DNA of 64,000 nt. Origin: Patescibacteria group bacterium (GTDB lineage Bacteria; Patescibacteriota; Patescibacteriia; Magasanikbacterales; UBA922). Below the pieces are notes generated by a model. The model saw only the letters and a list, made by a program, of their open reading frames with translations. It ran no database searches and was not told where the DNA came from. Shown here one piece after another: positions 1 through 11,969 of this stretch. Every line of letters begins with the position of its first letter. Position 1 is the first letter of the stretch. The position numbers and the translations under genes were made by a program. The stretch lies in the NCBI GenBank assembly GCA_018823045.1, contig JAHJIX010000002.1, positions 846 through 64,845 of the forward strand, in the 5' to 3' direction.

Positions 1-62
1 GATTCAGCTTCTTTGCCAAGTAATTCTTGTATCTGTGAATAGTCCATAGAATAAAATAATAA

Positions 63-998
63 TTATAATCTGTGATGAGTTTCTAAAAAACGGATAGTTC
101 CTGTTTTAACCCGCATCACGACTGAATGCGTAATCACAGTACTACTCGTATATCGTACCCCGTTTAGCAGTGGTCCGTCAACTACGCCAGTTGCCGTAAA
201 ACTTAAATCTTTTCCTTGTGCCAAATCTTCGAGAGTCAAAATAGCATGTATATCATCAATCCCCATTGTTTTGAGTTGTTCTTCTTGTGCCTCATCTTTT
301 GGTGCTAAACGACATTGCATGTCTCCACCTAAACATTTTAACGCTACAGCAGCAAGAACAGCTTCAGCACTCGCTCCTGTGCCCATAAGAACATCTATAC
401 CACTTTCTGGAAGTGCTGTTGCAATTGCACCCGCAACGTCACCATCAGTGATTAAACGCACCCGTGCACCAGCCTCACGAATCTCTTGAATCAACAAGTC
501 ATGTCGCGCACGATCAAGCACACAAACAACCAATTCAGACACATCTTTTGTTAATGCTCGCGCAATACGCCGCAAATTTTCTTTTGGAGACATCGTTAAA
601 TCAATAACCCCTTTTGCTTTGGAACCAACCGCTATTTTATCCATATACATATCTGGCGCACGAAAGAGTGTCCCTTGTGCTCCGGTCGCTACAACCGTCA
701 TTGCATTAGGGCGACCATTCGCCACACTATCGGTACACTCAAGCGGATCGACAGCAATATCAAAAGGAACCTCTCCCTTACCGAACTGTTCTCCCACATA
801 GAGTTGTGGTGCCTGATCTTTTTCTCCTTCTCCAATAACAACCTCTCCAAAAAAATCCACATCTTGAAAACGTGCACGCATTTCATCTACTGCCGCTTTG
901 TCAGCTGCCTTTCCATCTCCTCGCCCAAGCCACTTCACTGCAGCAACAGCAGCCGCTTCTGTGACCCGAACAAACTCTAATGCTAAATTTCTATCCAT
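63..998 (-). CDS. glpX: Fructose-1,6-bisphosphatase class II (GlpX family)
   Basis: 311-aa ORF; N-terminal 'LALEFVRVTEAAAVAA...WLGRGDGKAADKAAVDEMR' and 'AVDPLECTDSVANGRPNAM' are characteristic of GlpX-type FBPase. Confidence 0.85.
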   Translation of the reverse strand: MDRNLALEFVRVTEAAAVAAVKWLGRGDGKAADKAAVDEMRARFQDVDFFGEVVIGEGEKDQAPQLYVGEQFGKGEVPFDIAVDPLECTDSVANGRPNAMTVVATGAQGTLFRAPDMYMDKIAVGSKAKGVIDLTMSPKENLRRIARALTKDVSELVVCVLDRARHDLLIQEIREAGARVRLITDGDVAGAIATALPESGIDVLMGTGASAEAVLAAVALKCLGGDMQCRLAPKDEAQEEQLKTMGIDDIHAILTLEDLAQGKDLSFTATGVVDGPLLNGVRYTSSTVITHSVVMRVKTGTIRFLETHHRL

Positions 999-1040
999 AT
1001 AAATAAAGATACTCTAAATATAATTCTAACTATATCACAC

Positions 1041-1073
1041 AAAAACACACACGCAAAGACGTGTGTGTTTTTT
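1041..1073 (-). terminator. Intrinsic terminator hairpin (acacacacg/cgtgtgtgt, loop caaaga) flanked by A-run and T-run; serves minus-strand gene 1091..1417, possibly bidirectional
   Basis: Perfect 9-bp stem followed by TTTTTT on the plus strand and preceded by AAAAA. Confidence 0.5.
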
Positions 1074-1090
1074 ATACTATATGTTTTTTA

Positions 1091-1417
1091 TTATATGTCG
1101 TCATCTTCGTCATCGCTATCTTCGTCATCATCTTCATCATCACTTTCTTCAAAATCTCCGTCATCCATAAGAGATGTTGCCATCCCCCATAATTCATCCG
1201 CATCTTCTTCTAAATCTAAATCTTCTGCATGATCAATATACCAATGGTCAAATGCTATACGTAATTCATCAACATCATTCGCATTTTCAAAAGCGTCTTC
1301 AAGCAAAGTATATTTTTCTTGATGAGTCATCATAATTGATTCTTCAATTTCTTGAAAAATCATTTCAATATGATTCAACACAGATTTTTTTGTTTTATGA
1401 AAAAGAACTTCAGACAT
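1091..1417 (-). CDS. Hypothetical small protein with poly-acidic (D/E-rich) C-terminal tail
   Basis: 108-aa ORF ending '...EESDDEDDDEDSDDEDDDI'; no recognisable catalytic motif. Confidence 0.5.
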   Translation of the reverse strand: MSEVLFHKTKKSVLNHIEMIFQEIEESIMMTHQEKYTLLEDAFENANDVDELRIAFDHWYIDHAEDLDLEEDADELWGMATSLMDDGDFEESDDEDDDEDSDDEDDDI

Positions 1418-1529
1418 ATATTTTTTAAATTTAATACAATAAATATCAGAGACTATAACATCATACAGAAAAAATTACAATACAAATGACTTGTGGAAAA
1501 CTTAATCTATCTGCTATACTACATTCACT

Positions 1530-2321
1530 ATGAAAAAAAATACTATTTCAATTATATCTTGGAACGTAAATGGCATACGTGCTGTACTTAAAAAAGGCTT
1601 TCCACAAAATATTTTAATAGAAAAACCAGACATTATTTGTCTCCAAGAAAGCAAAGCACATAAAGAACAAGTTGATATTGAATTATCCAATTATTATGCC
1701 TATTGGAATAGTGCAGAAAAAAAAGGCTATTCAGGAACAATTGTTTATTGCAAACAATCGCCACTCTCTGTACAATATGATATTGAACAAGAGCTCATTG
1801 ACCACCAAGGAAGAAAAAGTCATAACGAAGGGCGAGTTATTACTCTTGAGTTTGAAGAATTTTTTCTCGTAAATGTATATACTCCCAACTCAAAAAATGA
1901 TTTGAGTCGTTTAGCATTTCGTCAACACATTTGGGATACACATTTTTTGACATATCTCAAAAAAATTGAAAAGAAAAAACCAGTTATCTTTTGTGGGGAT
2001 TTAAATGTTGCTCACGAAGAAATTGATCTTGCCCGCCCAGAGGCAAATCATAAAAGCGCAGGATTTACAGATGAAGAACGAAAAGGATTTAGCAATATTA
2101 TGAAGGCAGGATTTATCGATACGTTTCGTTTCCTTCATCCTGAAGAAAAAAAATACTCCTGGTGGTCATATCGTGCACAAGCTCGAGAAAGAAATGTTGG
2201 CTGGCGCATTGATTATATTTGTACAAGCAAATCACTTAAAGACAGCATTAAACAAGCAAAAATTCATGATGATATTTTTGGATCAGATCACTGTCCAGTA
2301 AGCGTAAAAATTGCATTATAA
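1530..2321 (+). CDS. xth: Exodeoxyribonuclease III / AP endonuclease (Xth family)
   Basis: 'IISWNVNGIRA', 'ICLQE', 'GDLNVAHEEIDL', 'DYICTS...GSDHCPV' = ExoIII/EEP-superfamily hallmarks. Confidence 0.85.
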   Translation: MKKNTISIISWNVNGIRAVLKKGFPQNILIEKPDIICLQESKAHKEQVDIELSNYYAYWNSAEKKGYSGTIVYCKQSPLSVQYDIEQELIDHQGRKSHNEGRVITLEFEEFFLVNVYTPNSKNDLSRLAFRQHIWDTHFLTYLKKIEKKKPVIFCGDLNVAHEEIDLARPEANHKSAGFTDEERKGFSNIMKAGFIDTFRFLHPEEKKYSWWSYRAQARERNVGWRIDYICTSKSLKDSIKQAKIHDDIFGSDHCPVSVKIAL

Positions 2322-2334
2322 CAATTTAAACAAA

Positions 2335-2363
2335 AAAGAACGATACTTTCTCGTTCTTTTTTT
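2335..2363 (+). terminator. Intrinsic terminator downstream of xth
   Basis: Stem gaacga/tcgttc with loop tactttc followed by TTTTTTT. Confidence 0.5.
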
Positions 2364-2404
2364 AATATCTGTGATATTATGTACCTATTAAAAAAAGATC
2401 AAAT

Positions 2405-2512
2405 CTTGGCGGCTACCTACTTTTGCCTTACGACTATCATCGGCGCAAATGGGCTTAACTGCTGTGTTCGGGATGGAAACAGGTGTACCCCCATCGCAAG
2501 AACCACCAAGAT
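2405..2512 (-). rRNA. rrf: 5S ribosomal RNA
   Basis: Reverse complement reads ...cccgaacacagcagttaagc...gcgccgatgatagt..., matching 5S loop C/E consensus (CCGAACUCAGAAGUGAAAC, GCGCCGAUGGUAGU); termini form a long helix (gatcaaatcttggtgg / ccgccaagatttgatc). Confidence 0.8.
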
Positions 2513-2584
2513 TTGATCTTCTTTTTTAGATCACTCTTTAACAAACAATAATATTATAATTTCATTCAAAACACCACTCGGTGT

Positions 2585-5625
<3,041 letters not shown>

Positions 5626-5769
5626 CACAATGGTGTTTTGTACTTTTTTTGTTTGAAACTTACAATATTATTGAATTGTAATGGACATCGGTTCTGTCGT
5701 AATCTTTCGCTTCTTTCCAGAGTTACATCTCCCTACATATTGTAGCGTTATGCTCACTGAAAAAAATAT

Positions 5770-5795
5770 ATATAAAAAACCGCAGAAAAGCGGTA
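5770..5795 (-). terminator. Intrinsic terminator on minus strand inside the 23S leader region
   Basis: Minus strand reads accgc-ttttct-gcggt followed by TTTTTTA; about 165 nt downstream of a consensus promoter. Confidence 0.45.
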
Positions 5796-5943
5796 TACGG
5801 AGATACGGCTCACTTGGACAAATTCTTTATATGGATGTATTGTAACGAAATGCTCAAAATCATTATCGTAGACAAGCTACATTCCAGAGGTCCAAGTTGA
5901 GGACGTGGCCTGATTGAATCAGGATCTATCTGTGTTGTAATTG

Positions 5944-5972
5944 CTCGAGTATTATATACAGCTCAGAGATTT
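5944..5972 (-). promoter_or_regulatory. Sigma70-type consensus promoter (TTGACA-17-TATAAT) on minus strand upstream of 23S
   Basis: Minus strand: TTGACAtaaatctctgagctgtaTATAAT; perfect -35 and -10 with 17-bp spacer. Confidence 0.5.
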
Positions 5973-6088
5973 ATGTCAAGTACTATTCCCCCTTAATTTT
6001 TACACAGGCTGTGGATAACCATTTGTTCATAGACAGACCTCTTAAAAGAATATACACTACATACAGATATTTACATGAAAATAACCCT

Positions 6089-6559
6089 ATGAAACATATC
6101 ACCATCCTCGGCATCGGACACCTAAAAGAGTCTTACTGGAAACAAGCAGAAACAGAATACATTAAACGGCTTTCCCCCTATATAAAAATAAGCATTATAG
6201 AAAAAAAAGAAGAAATGTTTCGCTCTACGCAAGAAAGAAAAAACATTCAACAAAAAGAAGCCGAAACAATCCTTCCTTTTATCCAAAAATTTGATATGGT
6301 TATTGCACTGAGCGAAGATGGAAAACAATATGATTCTCCCCAATTTGCACAAATGCTCAAAAAAAATACAACCCATGGAGAAAAAATATTATTTATTATT
6401 GGCGGTCCACTTGGCCTTGATGATTCAATAAAGCAAGCCGTACATATATCAATTTCTCTTTCCCATCTTACTTTTCCACACCAGATGGTTCGTACCATTT
6501 TACTAGAACAACTCTACCGTGCAGAAACAATTCTTTTAGGAAAACAATATCATTACTAA
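6089..6559 (+). CDS. rlmH: 23S rRNA (pseudouridine1915-N3)-methyltransferase RlmH (SPOUT family)
   Basis: 'MKHITILGIGHLKESYW...', about 156 aa with C-terminal 'FIIGGPLGLDDS...SLSHLTFPHQMVR' typical of RlmH/YbeA; ORF-track start at 6011 is probably too far upstream. Confidence 0.8.
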   Translation: MKHITILGIGHLKESYWKQAETEYIKRLSPYIKISIIEKKEEMFRSTQERKNIQQKEAETILPFIQKFDMVIALSEDGKQYDSPQFAQMLKKNTTHGEKILFIIGGPLGLDDSIKQAVHISISLSHLTFPHQMVRTILLEQLYRAETILLGKQYHY

Positions 6560-6596
6560 CACAGATCTGCCATAAAGATGTATCAAGAGATGAAAC

Positions 6597-6866
6597 ATGT
6601 TATACTATATATATACTTCCATTAATCTTTTGACTATGGAGCCAATACAACAAAAGGGAATCGAATACTTCTTTGAAAAATATAATATTCAAGATCCTGA
6701 TAAAAAAGCAGCAATACTTCCACGAGTCACCCATATTATTTATGATTATAATATGCTCGTTGTCTCACTTGAAAAAGAGCTCGAGCATTATAAACGTGAA
6801 CAAATTATTCGTGACATTCAAGAACTCGAACAAGGTATTGATGCTATATTTCAAGATAGTTTATAA
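6597..6866 (+). CDS. Hypothetical small protein
   Basis: 89-aa ORF immediately upstream of gpmI; no recognisable motif. Confidence 0.35.
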   Translation: MLYYIYTSINLLTMEPIQQKGIEYFFEKYNIQDPDKKAAILPRVTHIIYDYNMLVVSLEKELEHYKREQIIRDIQELEQGIDAIFQDSL

Positions 6867-6875
6867 TTCTCTTTC

Positions 6876-8447
6876 ATGAACCAACGACAACGCCCGGTGG
6901 CAATGATCATCCTTGATGGTTTTGGTATTGCCCCTACAAAATCAAGCAATGCCATATCTGTTGCTCAAACCCCATTTTTTGATAGCCTTGTTACTCGCTA
7001 TCCTACTTTTTTGCTTGAAGCATCTGAATTAAATGTTGGACTACCACGTGGAGAGGTTGGCAACTCAGAAGTCGGACACACAACTATAGGCTCAGGTATT
7101 CTTGAATATCAAAGCCTTCCTCGTATCGATCGTTCTATTTCGACTGGTGCATTTTTTAAAGAGCCCGAACTGATTCGCGTTGCAGAAAAAATAAAAAAAA
7201 CTGATGGTAAATTACATCTTGTTGGCCTGATAGGAAATGGTGGTATTCATGCCTCACAAGAACATCTAGAAGCACTCATTACATTTGCCAAAAAAAATAA
7301 TATTTGGAAAAAAACATTTATCCATGCATTTTTAGATGGTCGCGACACACCAAAAAATGTTGCAACATACTTTATCGATAAACTTCTTGCCTATACTAAA
7401 GATCAACATATAGCAACAATTGGTGGTCGTTTTTACGGTATGGATAGAAATCTAAAATGGGAGAGAACCGAACAAGCATATCGTGCAATTGTTGATGGCG
7501 TTTCGGCACAAACATTTAAACATCCTATTAAAGCAATTGAATCATATTATGCAGAACATATTTATGATGAAGAAATTCCACCAACAGTTATAACAAATAT
7601 ATGGGGCAAACCACTTGCAACGGTTGAACCTGGCGATGTTATTATTTATTTTAATTTTCGGGCAGATCGTGGAAGACAGCTGACAGAAGCATTTGTTGAT
7701 ACTCAATTTCAAGCATTCCAAACAAAAGAGTTAGGAGACATTGATGTTATTACATTTACTGAATATAAAAAGGGACTTCCCGTTTCAATATTATTTCCAA
7801 CTTCTCCAATACAAAATCCAATGACAAAAGTCATTAGCGATTATAATCTCAAACAACTTCATGTTGCTGAAACAGAAAAATATGCACATATAACATTCTT
7901 TTTAAATGGAAGACATGAAACACCATTTGCAGGAGAACAACGAATTCTCGTTCCATCTCCAAATGTTCCATCATATGACCAAACACCTGAAATGTCAGCC
8001 CACGAAATGACCAGACAGATTCTTCAAGAAATCCAATCTGACAAACAAGACTTTTACGCCATCAATTATGCAAACCCAGACATGGTTGGGCACACAGGAA
8101 ATATTAGCGCGTGTGTCAAGGCAATAGAAACAGTAGATACATGCCTTGCTCAAGTGATACAAGCAATTGTTAATAAAGGAGGTATTGCATTTATCATGTC
8201 TGATCACGGAAATGCAGAAGAAATGATTAATTTATCAACAGGACAAATGGATAAAGAGCATAATATTTATCCGGTACCATTTATTATTGTTGGAGATTCT
8301 TTTCATGGCCAATCTCCTCTTGCTATTAAACAACCTGATTTATCGTATATTCCCCCTATTGGCATATTAGCAGATATAGCGCCAACTATATTAAAAACAA
8401 TGGGATTAAATATCCCCAAAGAAATGACAGGCACATCTCTTATTTAA
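6876..8447 (+). CDS. gpmI: 2,3-bisphosphoglycerate-independent phosphoglycerate mutase
   Basis: 523 aa; 'VAMIILDGFGIAP', 'NSEVGHTTIGSG', 'GRDTP', 'MSDHGNAE' metal-binding motifs of iPGM. Confidence 0.9.
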   Translation: MNQRQRPVAMIILDGFGIAPTKSSNAISVAQTPFFDSLVTRYPTFLLEASELNVGLPRGEVGNSEVGHTTIGSGILEYQSLPRIDRSISTGAFFKEPELIRVAEKIKKTDGKLHLVGLIGNGGIHASQEHLEALITFAKKNNIWKKTFIHAFLDGRDTPKNVATYFIDKLLAYTKDQHIATIGGRFYGMDRNLKWERTEQAYRAIVDGVSAQTFKHPIKAIESYYAEHIYDEEIPPTVITNIWGKPLATVEPGDVIIYFNFRADRGRQLTEAFVDTQFQAFQTKELGDIDVITFTEYKKGLPVSILFPTSPIQNPMTKVISDYNLKQLHVAETEKYAHITFFLNGRHETPFAGEQRILVPSPNVPSYDQTPEMSAHEMTRQILQEIQSDKQDFYAINYANPDMVGHTGNISACVKAIETVDTCLAQVIQAIVNKGGIAFIMSDHGNAEEMINLSTGQMDKEHNIYPVPFIIVGDSFHGQSPLAIKQPDLSYIPPIGILADIAPTILKTMGLNIPKEMTGTSLI

Positions 8448-8459
8448 AAAAGAATAATA

Positions 8460-8495
8460 AAAAACAGTACATATAAATTATGCACTGTTTTTAAA
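8460..8495. terminator. Weak bidirectional hairpin plus T-run between convergent gpmI and receiver gene
   Basis: acagt(a)ca...tg(c)actgt imperfect stem followed by TTTTT. Confidence 0.35.
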
Positions 8496-8500
8496 TTATA

Positions 8501-8884
8501 TTATTTTTTCATACCCAAACGTTCTTTTACAACAGAAACAACATCTTCAATATGCCAATCTGATTTTACCAAATAATCATGTACCCCATTTTTTAGCGCA
8601 TCCTCGACCTTAAATGAGTCACTTAAATTCGTTAAAATAATCACTGGTATTTTTTTCCCAGCAGAAGTTTTCCTCAATTGCTCTAACATAGAAATACCAT
8701 CCATTTTAGGCATAATAATATCAAGCAAAATAAGATCAGGCTTCTTTTCATGTGCCATCTCTAACCCCTGTGCTCCATCATGAGCGACCAACACAGTAAA
8801 GCCAACACTCTTAAATTTCATTTCTAATGCTTTATATAGTGTCGGCTCGTCTTCAACAATAAGAAGTGTTTTATTTTTAATCAT
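8501..8884 (-). CDS. Stand-alone response-regulator receiver domain protein (CheY-like)
   Basis: 'LLIVEDEPTLY...PDLILLDIIMPKMDG...' receiver signature (acidic pocket, phospho-acceptor D, K); no output domain; start may be 8908. Confidence 0.75.
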   Translation of the reverse strand: MIKNKTLLIVEDEPTLYKALEMKFKSVGFTVLVAHDGAQGLEMAHEKKPDLILLDIIMPKMDGISMLEQLRKTSAGKKIPVIILTNLSDSFKVEDALKNGVHDYLVKSDWHIEDVVSVVKERLGMKK

Positions 8885-8892
8885 ATAAAATA

Positions 8893-9273
8893 TTATTTTT
8901 CTAAACAAGATTGCATGTCAGTAATAATTTGATCAAGACGAAAATTAGATTTTGTGTAAAATTTTTCAACACCTAATTTTTTATATTCTTCAATTTTTTC
9001 TTCACTTGCGGTATTTGAAATAGCAAAAATAGGTAAGTGTTTAAATTCTTTATGTTTTTTCATCTGTTTAATAAACTCAAGCCCGGTATCTTTTCCTACC
9101 AAATAATGATCAAGCCATATAACATCAATATCTTCAACATCTTTTAGATGATTCATTGCTTCTTTTATGGTTCTTGAAGTAATTACTCGAAAATTACTTT
9201 TTTCTAATTTAATGCGAATAGCATTCTGTAGTGGTATTTCATCTTCAATAACCAATACTGTTTTTTCTTCCAT
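8893..9273 (-). CDS. Stand-alone response-regulator receiver domain protein (CheY-like)
   Basis: 'VLVIEDEIPLQ...IDVIWLDHYLVGKDTG...' receiver signature; 126 aa, no output domain. Confidence 0.75.
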   Translation of the reverse strand: MEEKTVLVIEDEIPLQNAIRIKLEKSNFRVITSRTIKEAMNHLKDVEDIDVIWLDHYLVGKDTGLEFIKQMKKHKEFKHLPIFAISNTASEEKIEEYKKLGVEKFYTKSNFRLDQIITDMQSCLEK

Positions 9274-9279
9274 AGACTG

Positions 9280-11664
9280 TTATGATAATGATTTAGTCCC
9301 CTCTTTTCGCTTCATTCCTTTTATAGGAATAAACACATGAAATGTAGTCCCTTTATCTTTAGCAGAAACAAAACTAATTTTTCCATTTACTTGATCGAGA
9401 ATTGATTTAATAATATATAAGCCCAAACCAGTCCCCTCAGTATCTGTTTCTCGTACATTATCTGCACGAAATAATTTACTAAATATTTTATCATGCTGTG
9501 ATTTTGGAATACCTAAACCATTGTCAGCAATAATAATTTGTACATATTTTTTATCTGCTTTAATGGTCAAACTGACTTTTCCTCCTTCTTGATTATATTT
9601 AACTGCATTTGACAATAAATTTTGAAAAATCATGTATGTCAATTTTTTATCCAAATTCATTTTTGCTAATTTTTTTGGAAATGTTGTTTCTATCTTAATT
9701 TTCTTTTGTGCTGCTTGAATTTCAATTTCTTCAAGCGCTTCTTTTGCAATATCAATTAACTGCAGTGATGTGGGCTCAATTAAAAATGTTCCTAATTCTA
9801 AACGAGAAACATTTAACAGTGAATTAACCAACTCAACCATCCTCTGATTTCCTCTATAAATTTCTTGTACATACTGACTTTGTTCAACAGTCAAATGCCC
9901 TGCATCGCCATTTAACAACATTTCGGCATACCAATTAATAGCAGAAAGTGGTGTTCTTAATTGATGAGACGCTAAAGAAACAAACTCTGTTTTTGCCTGA
10001 TCTACTAATTTTTCTTGCGTTATATCTCGCTCAATACCGACAAAAAAGATCACCTCTCCTCTATTATTTAATACAGGAGTAATACTTGCTTTTGCAATAT
10101 ACTCTTCTCCACTTTTTCTTCTATTTTTAAATGCCCCCTCAAAACTTTTTTTATTATCTTTTGCAGTTTTCCATAATTCTATATATGTTTTTTGATCCAT
10201 GTTTCCTCCCCAATTTGCTGGTGAGCCTGCTTTTTGACCCAACACCTCTTCTCGACTAAAACCAGTAATTCTTTCAACAGCATTATTTGCATACAATACA
10301 ATTCCATCTGCATCAGTGATTACAATATGATCAGAAGCTTCTTCTACTGCTAATTGAAATTTTTTTAAATCATTTGCAAGTAATACTGATTTATCTCTTT
10401 CTTCTTCAACATCTTCTAAAATATTTAAAATTGCAACTTTTTGGTCTTCTAAATCTTGTGTTTGCTCTGCTAATCTATTTGTCTGATCTACAACAACCTT
10501 ATCTATATTCTTTTTTGACTGTACAATACCCTGAACTAATACATTAAACGAATGAACTAATCGTGATAATTCAAAAATCTTACCAACTTCTTCATTAATT
10601 TTTTCTTTATAATTTCCAGCAATAACATTCTCCATTTTTTGTTCAAGAATAGTAATTGGCTTGAATAGGTGCATAAGTAAATATGACAAAATAACTCCAC
10701 TTACTAATATAGTACCAACAATCCCCAAACCAACATACACAGTCAATAGATATACTGATTCTAAAAAACTTCCATCTTCTTGGACTAACAGATATACAGG
10801 CCAATCTCCTACCTGTGCATATGCAAAAATAACATTTCCATAATTATAATCTATTTCACCAACCAAACTACTATATTCACCAAATACTTCTTGCGAAATA
10901 AACACGTCTTCTAGAGGAAAAATAGTCTGGCCAACATACCGTTTTTGTTCAACAAATTCTTTTTCTATATCTTCTAATGGAAATATACTCTTAAAGATAT
11001 TTTTTTGTTGATCAGAAGAAAAAACAACTCCCCTATCATCTATATATGAAACAACCACTGAATGTTTTTTTTCATAAGCAAAATCATGTTGAACAAGGTT
11101 TTCTTTTGTTTTTAATACAACAACTCCCTTAAAATTTCCTTGAATATCCAATATTGGCTGTGAAAAATACAGCCCTAATTCTTTACTCGTAACACCCAGT
11201 GCCATATCTAGATATCCCGTTCCTGTCTTTTGTGGAACAAGAAAATAATCACGAAATCCATAATTTTTATTTAAAAAACTTTCATCAGTTGAAGCAATCG
11301 TTTTTCCATAACTATCCATGATATACACAACCAAGTAATCTTCTGAAAACAAATAGCCTTCCAAATATGTATGTACCTCTTCTTGCGAAATAGTTCCTTT
11401 CAAAAAATCACTTATTATCTGAGATGTCGCAATATGTTGAGGAACCTCTTGCGTTTTTCTAAAAAAGGAATCTACCATTAGTGATCGATCTTCAACCGAA
11501 TGAAAAAGGGTATTCTCTTTTTCTTGAATTAACTCTGCCTTTAAGAAAAAAAATATCATCAAAAAACTCACCAGTCCTAAAATGACCGCCATGATAAGGG
11601 TATTTTCTACAACATACCACTGGAGTGTTTTTTTTCTTTTCATAGAAATACTATAACGTATCAA
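9280..11664 (-). CDS. Sensor histidine kinase (TM - periplasmic dCache-like domain - TM - HAMP - PAS - HisKA - HATPase_c)
   Basis: Two TM segments bracketing an about 270-aa extracytoplasmic domain; 'LASHQLRTPLSAI' H-box; 'DNGLGIP...GTGLGLYI' G1/G2 boxes. Confidence 0.85.
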   Translation of the reverse strand: MIRYSISMKRKKTLQWYVVENTLIMAVILGLVSFLMIFFFLKAELIQEKENTLFHSVEDRSLMVDSFFRKTQEVPQHIATSQIISDFLKGTISQEEVHTYLEGYLFSEDYLVVYIMDSYGKTIASTDESFLNKNYGFRDYFLVPQKTGTGYLDMALGVTSKELGLYFSQPILDIQGNFKGVVVLKTKENLVQHDFAYEKKHSVVVSYIDDRGVVFSSDQQKNIFKSIFPLEDIEKEFVEQKRYVGQTIFPLEDVFISQEVFGEYSSLVGEIDYNYGNVIFAYAQVGDWPVYLLVQEDGSFLESVYLLTVYVGLGIVGTILVSGVILSYLLMHLFKPITILEQKMENVIAGNYKEKINEEVGKIFELSRLVHSFNVLVQGIVQSKKNIDKVVVDQTNRLAEQTQDLEDQKVAILNILEDVEEERDKSVLLANDLKKFQLAVEEASDHIVITDADGIVLYANNAVERITGFSREEVLGQKAGSPANWGGNMDQKTYIELWKTAKDNKKSFEGAFKNRRKSGEEYIAKASITPVLNNRGEVIFFVGIERDITQEKLVDQAKTEFVSLASHQLRTPLSAINWYAEMLLNGDAGHLTVEQSQYVQEIYRGNQRMVELVNSLLNVSRLELGTFLIEPTSLQLIDIAKEALEEIEIQAAQKKIKIETTFPKKLAKMNLDKKLTYMIFQNLLSNAVKYNQEGGKVSLTIKADKKYVQIIIADNGLGIPKSQHDKIFSKLFRADNVRETDTEGTGLGLYIIKSILDQVNGKISFVSAKDKGTTFHVFIPIKGMKRKEGTKSLS

Positions 11665-11968
11665 CTAATTCTTGAATTTCTTTTCTATGTTTTTGAACCA
11701 TCTTTTGGTCACGAAATTTTTCAGCAAATACCTCTAACTTATCAAGTACTTTTTGCAAACTTTCCTTTGTTGGTTGATCAAAATCTCCACCAACTTCTTG
11801 AAATATATTTTTGACTAACTCAGTACAGTATTGTTTACTCACTTCTTTATCCCCCTCAACACCGGTGTCTGTACAATGCGCTTCTCCAAAGCATGTCACC
11901 AAAGCATCTCGCACTTTTGATGGCGTCATATGTTCTGTTTTTTCTATACCATATACTTTTTTGGTCAT
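11651..11968 (-). CDS. Hypothetical small soluble protein (Cys/His-containing) wedged between GAF-PAS gene and histidine kinase
   Basis: 105-aa ORF overlapping the kinase start by 14 nt; no recognisable motif. Confidence 0.4.
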   Translation of the reverse strand: MTKKVYGIEKTEHMTPSKVRDALVTCFGEAHCTDTGVEGDKEVSKQYCTELVKNIFQEVGGDFDQPTKESLQKVLDKLEVFAEKFRDQKMVQKHRKEIQELVDTL

Positions 11969-11969
11969 A

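Noticed and set aside
271-980. Plus-strand ORFs 271..489, 619..801, 675..980 and minus 698..886
   Set aside because: They overlap the well-supported glpX coding region, and their translations lack any motif.
2533-2552. boxA-like sequence 'cactctttaacaaacaa' between 5S and 23S
   Set aside because: It is on the plus strand whereas the rRNA genes are transcribed from the minus strand. It is an AT-rich coincidence and cannot work as an antitermination boxA in this orientation.
5650-6010. Search for a 16S rRNA gene or spacer tRNA upstream of 23S
   Set aside because: No 16S-like or tRNA-like sequence is present. The interval holds only a promoter, a terminator and a palindrome, and rlmH begins on the opposite strand at about 6089.
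6122-6498. Minus-strand ORFs 6122..6376 and 6247..6498
   Set aside because: They are antisense to rlmH, which has clear family signatures. Their translations are low-complexity and Phe/Lys-rich.
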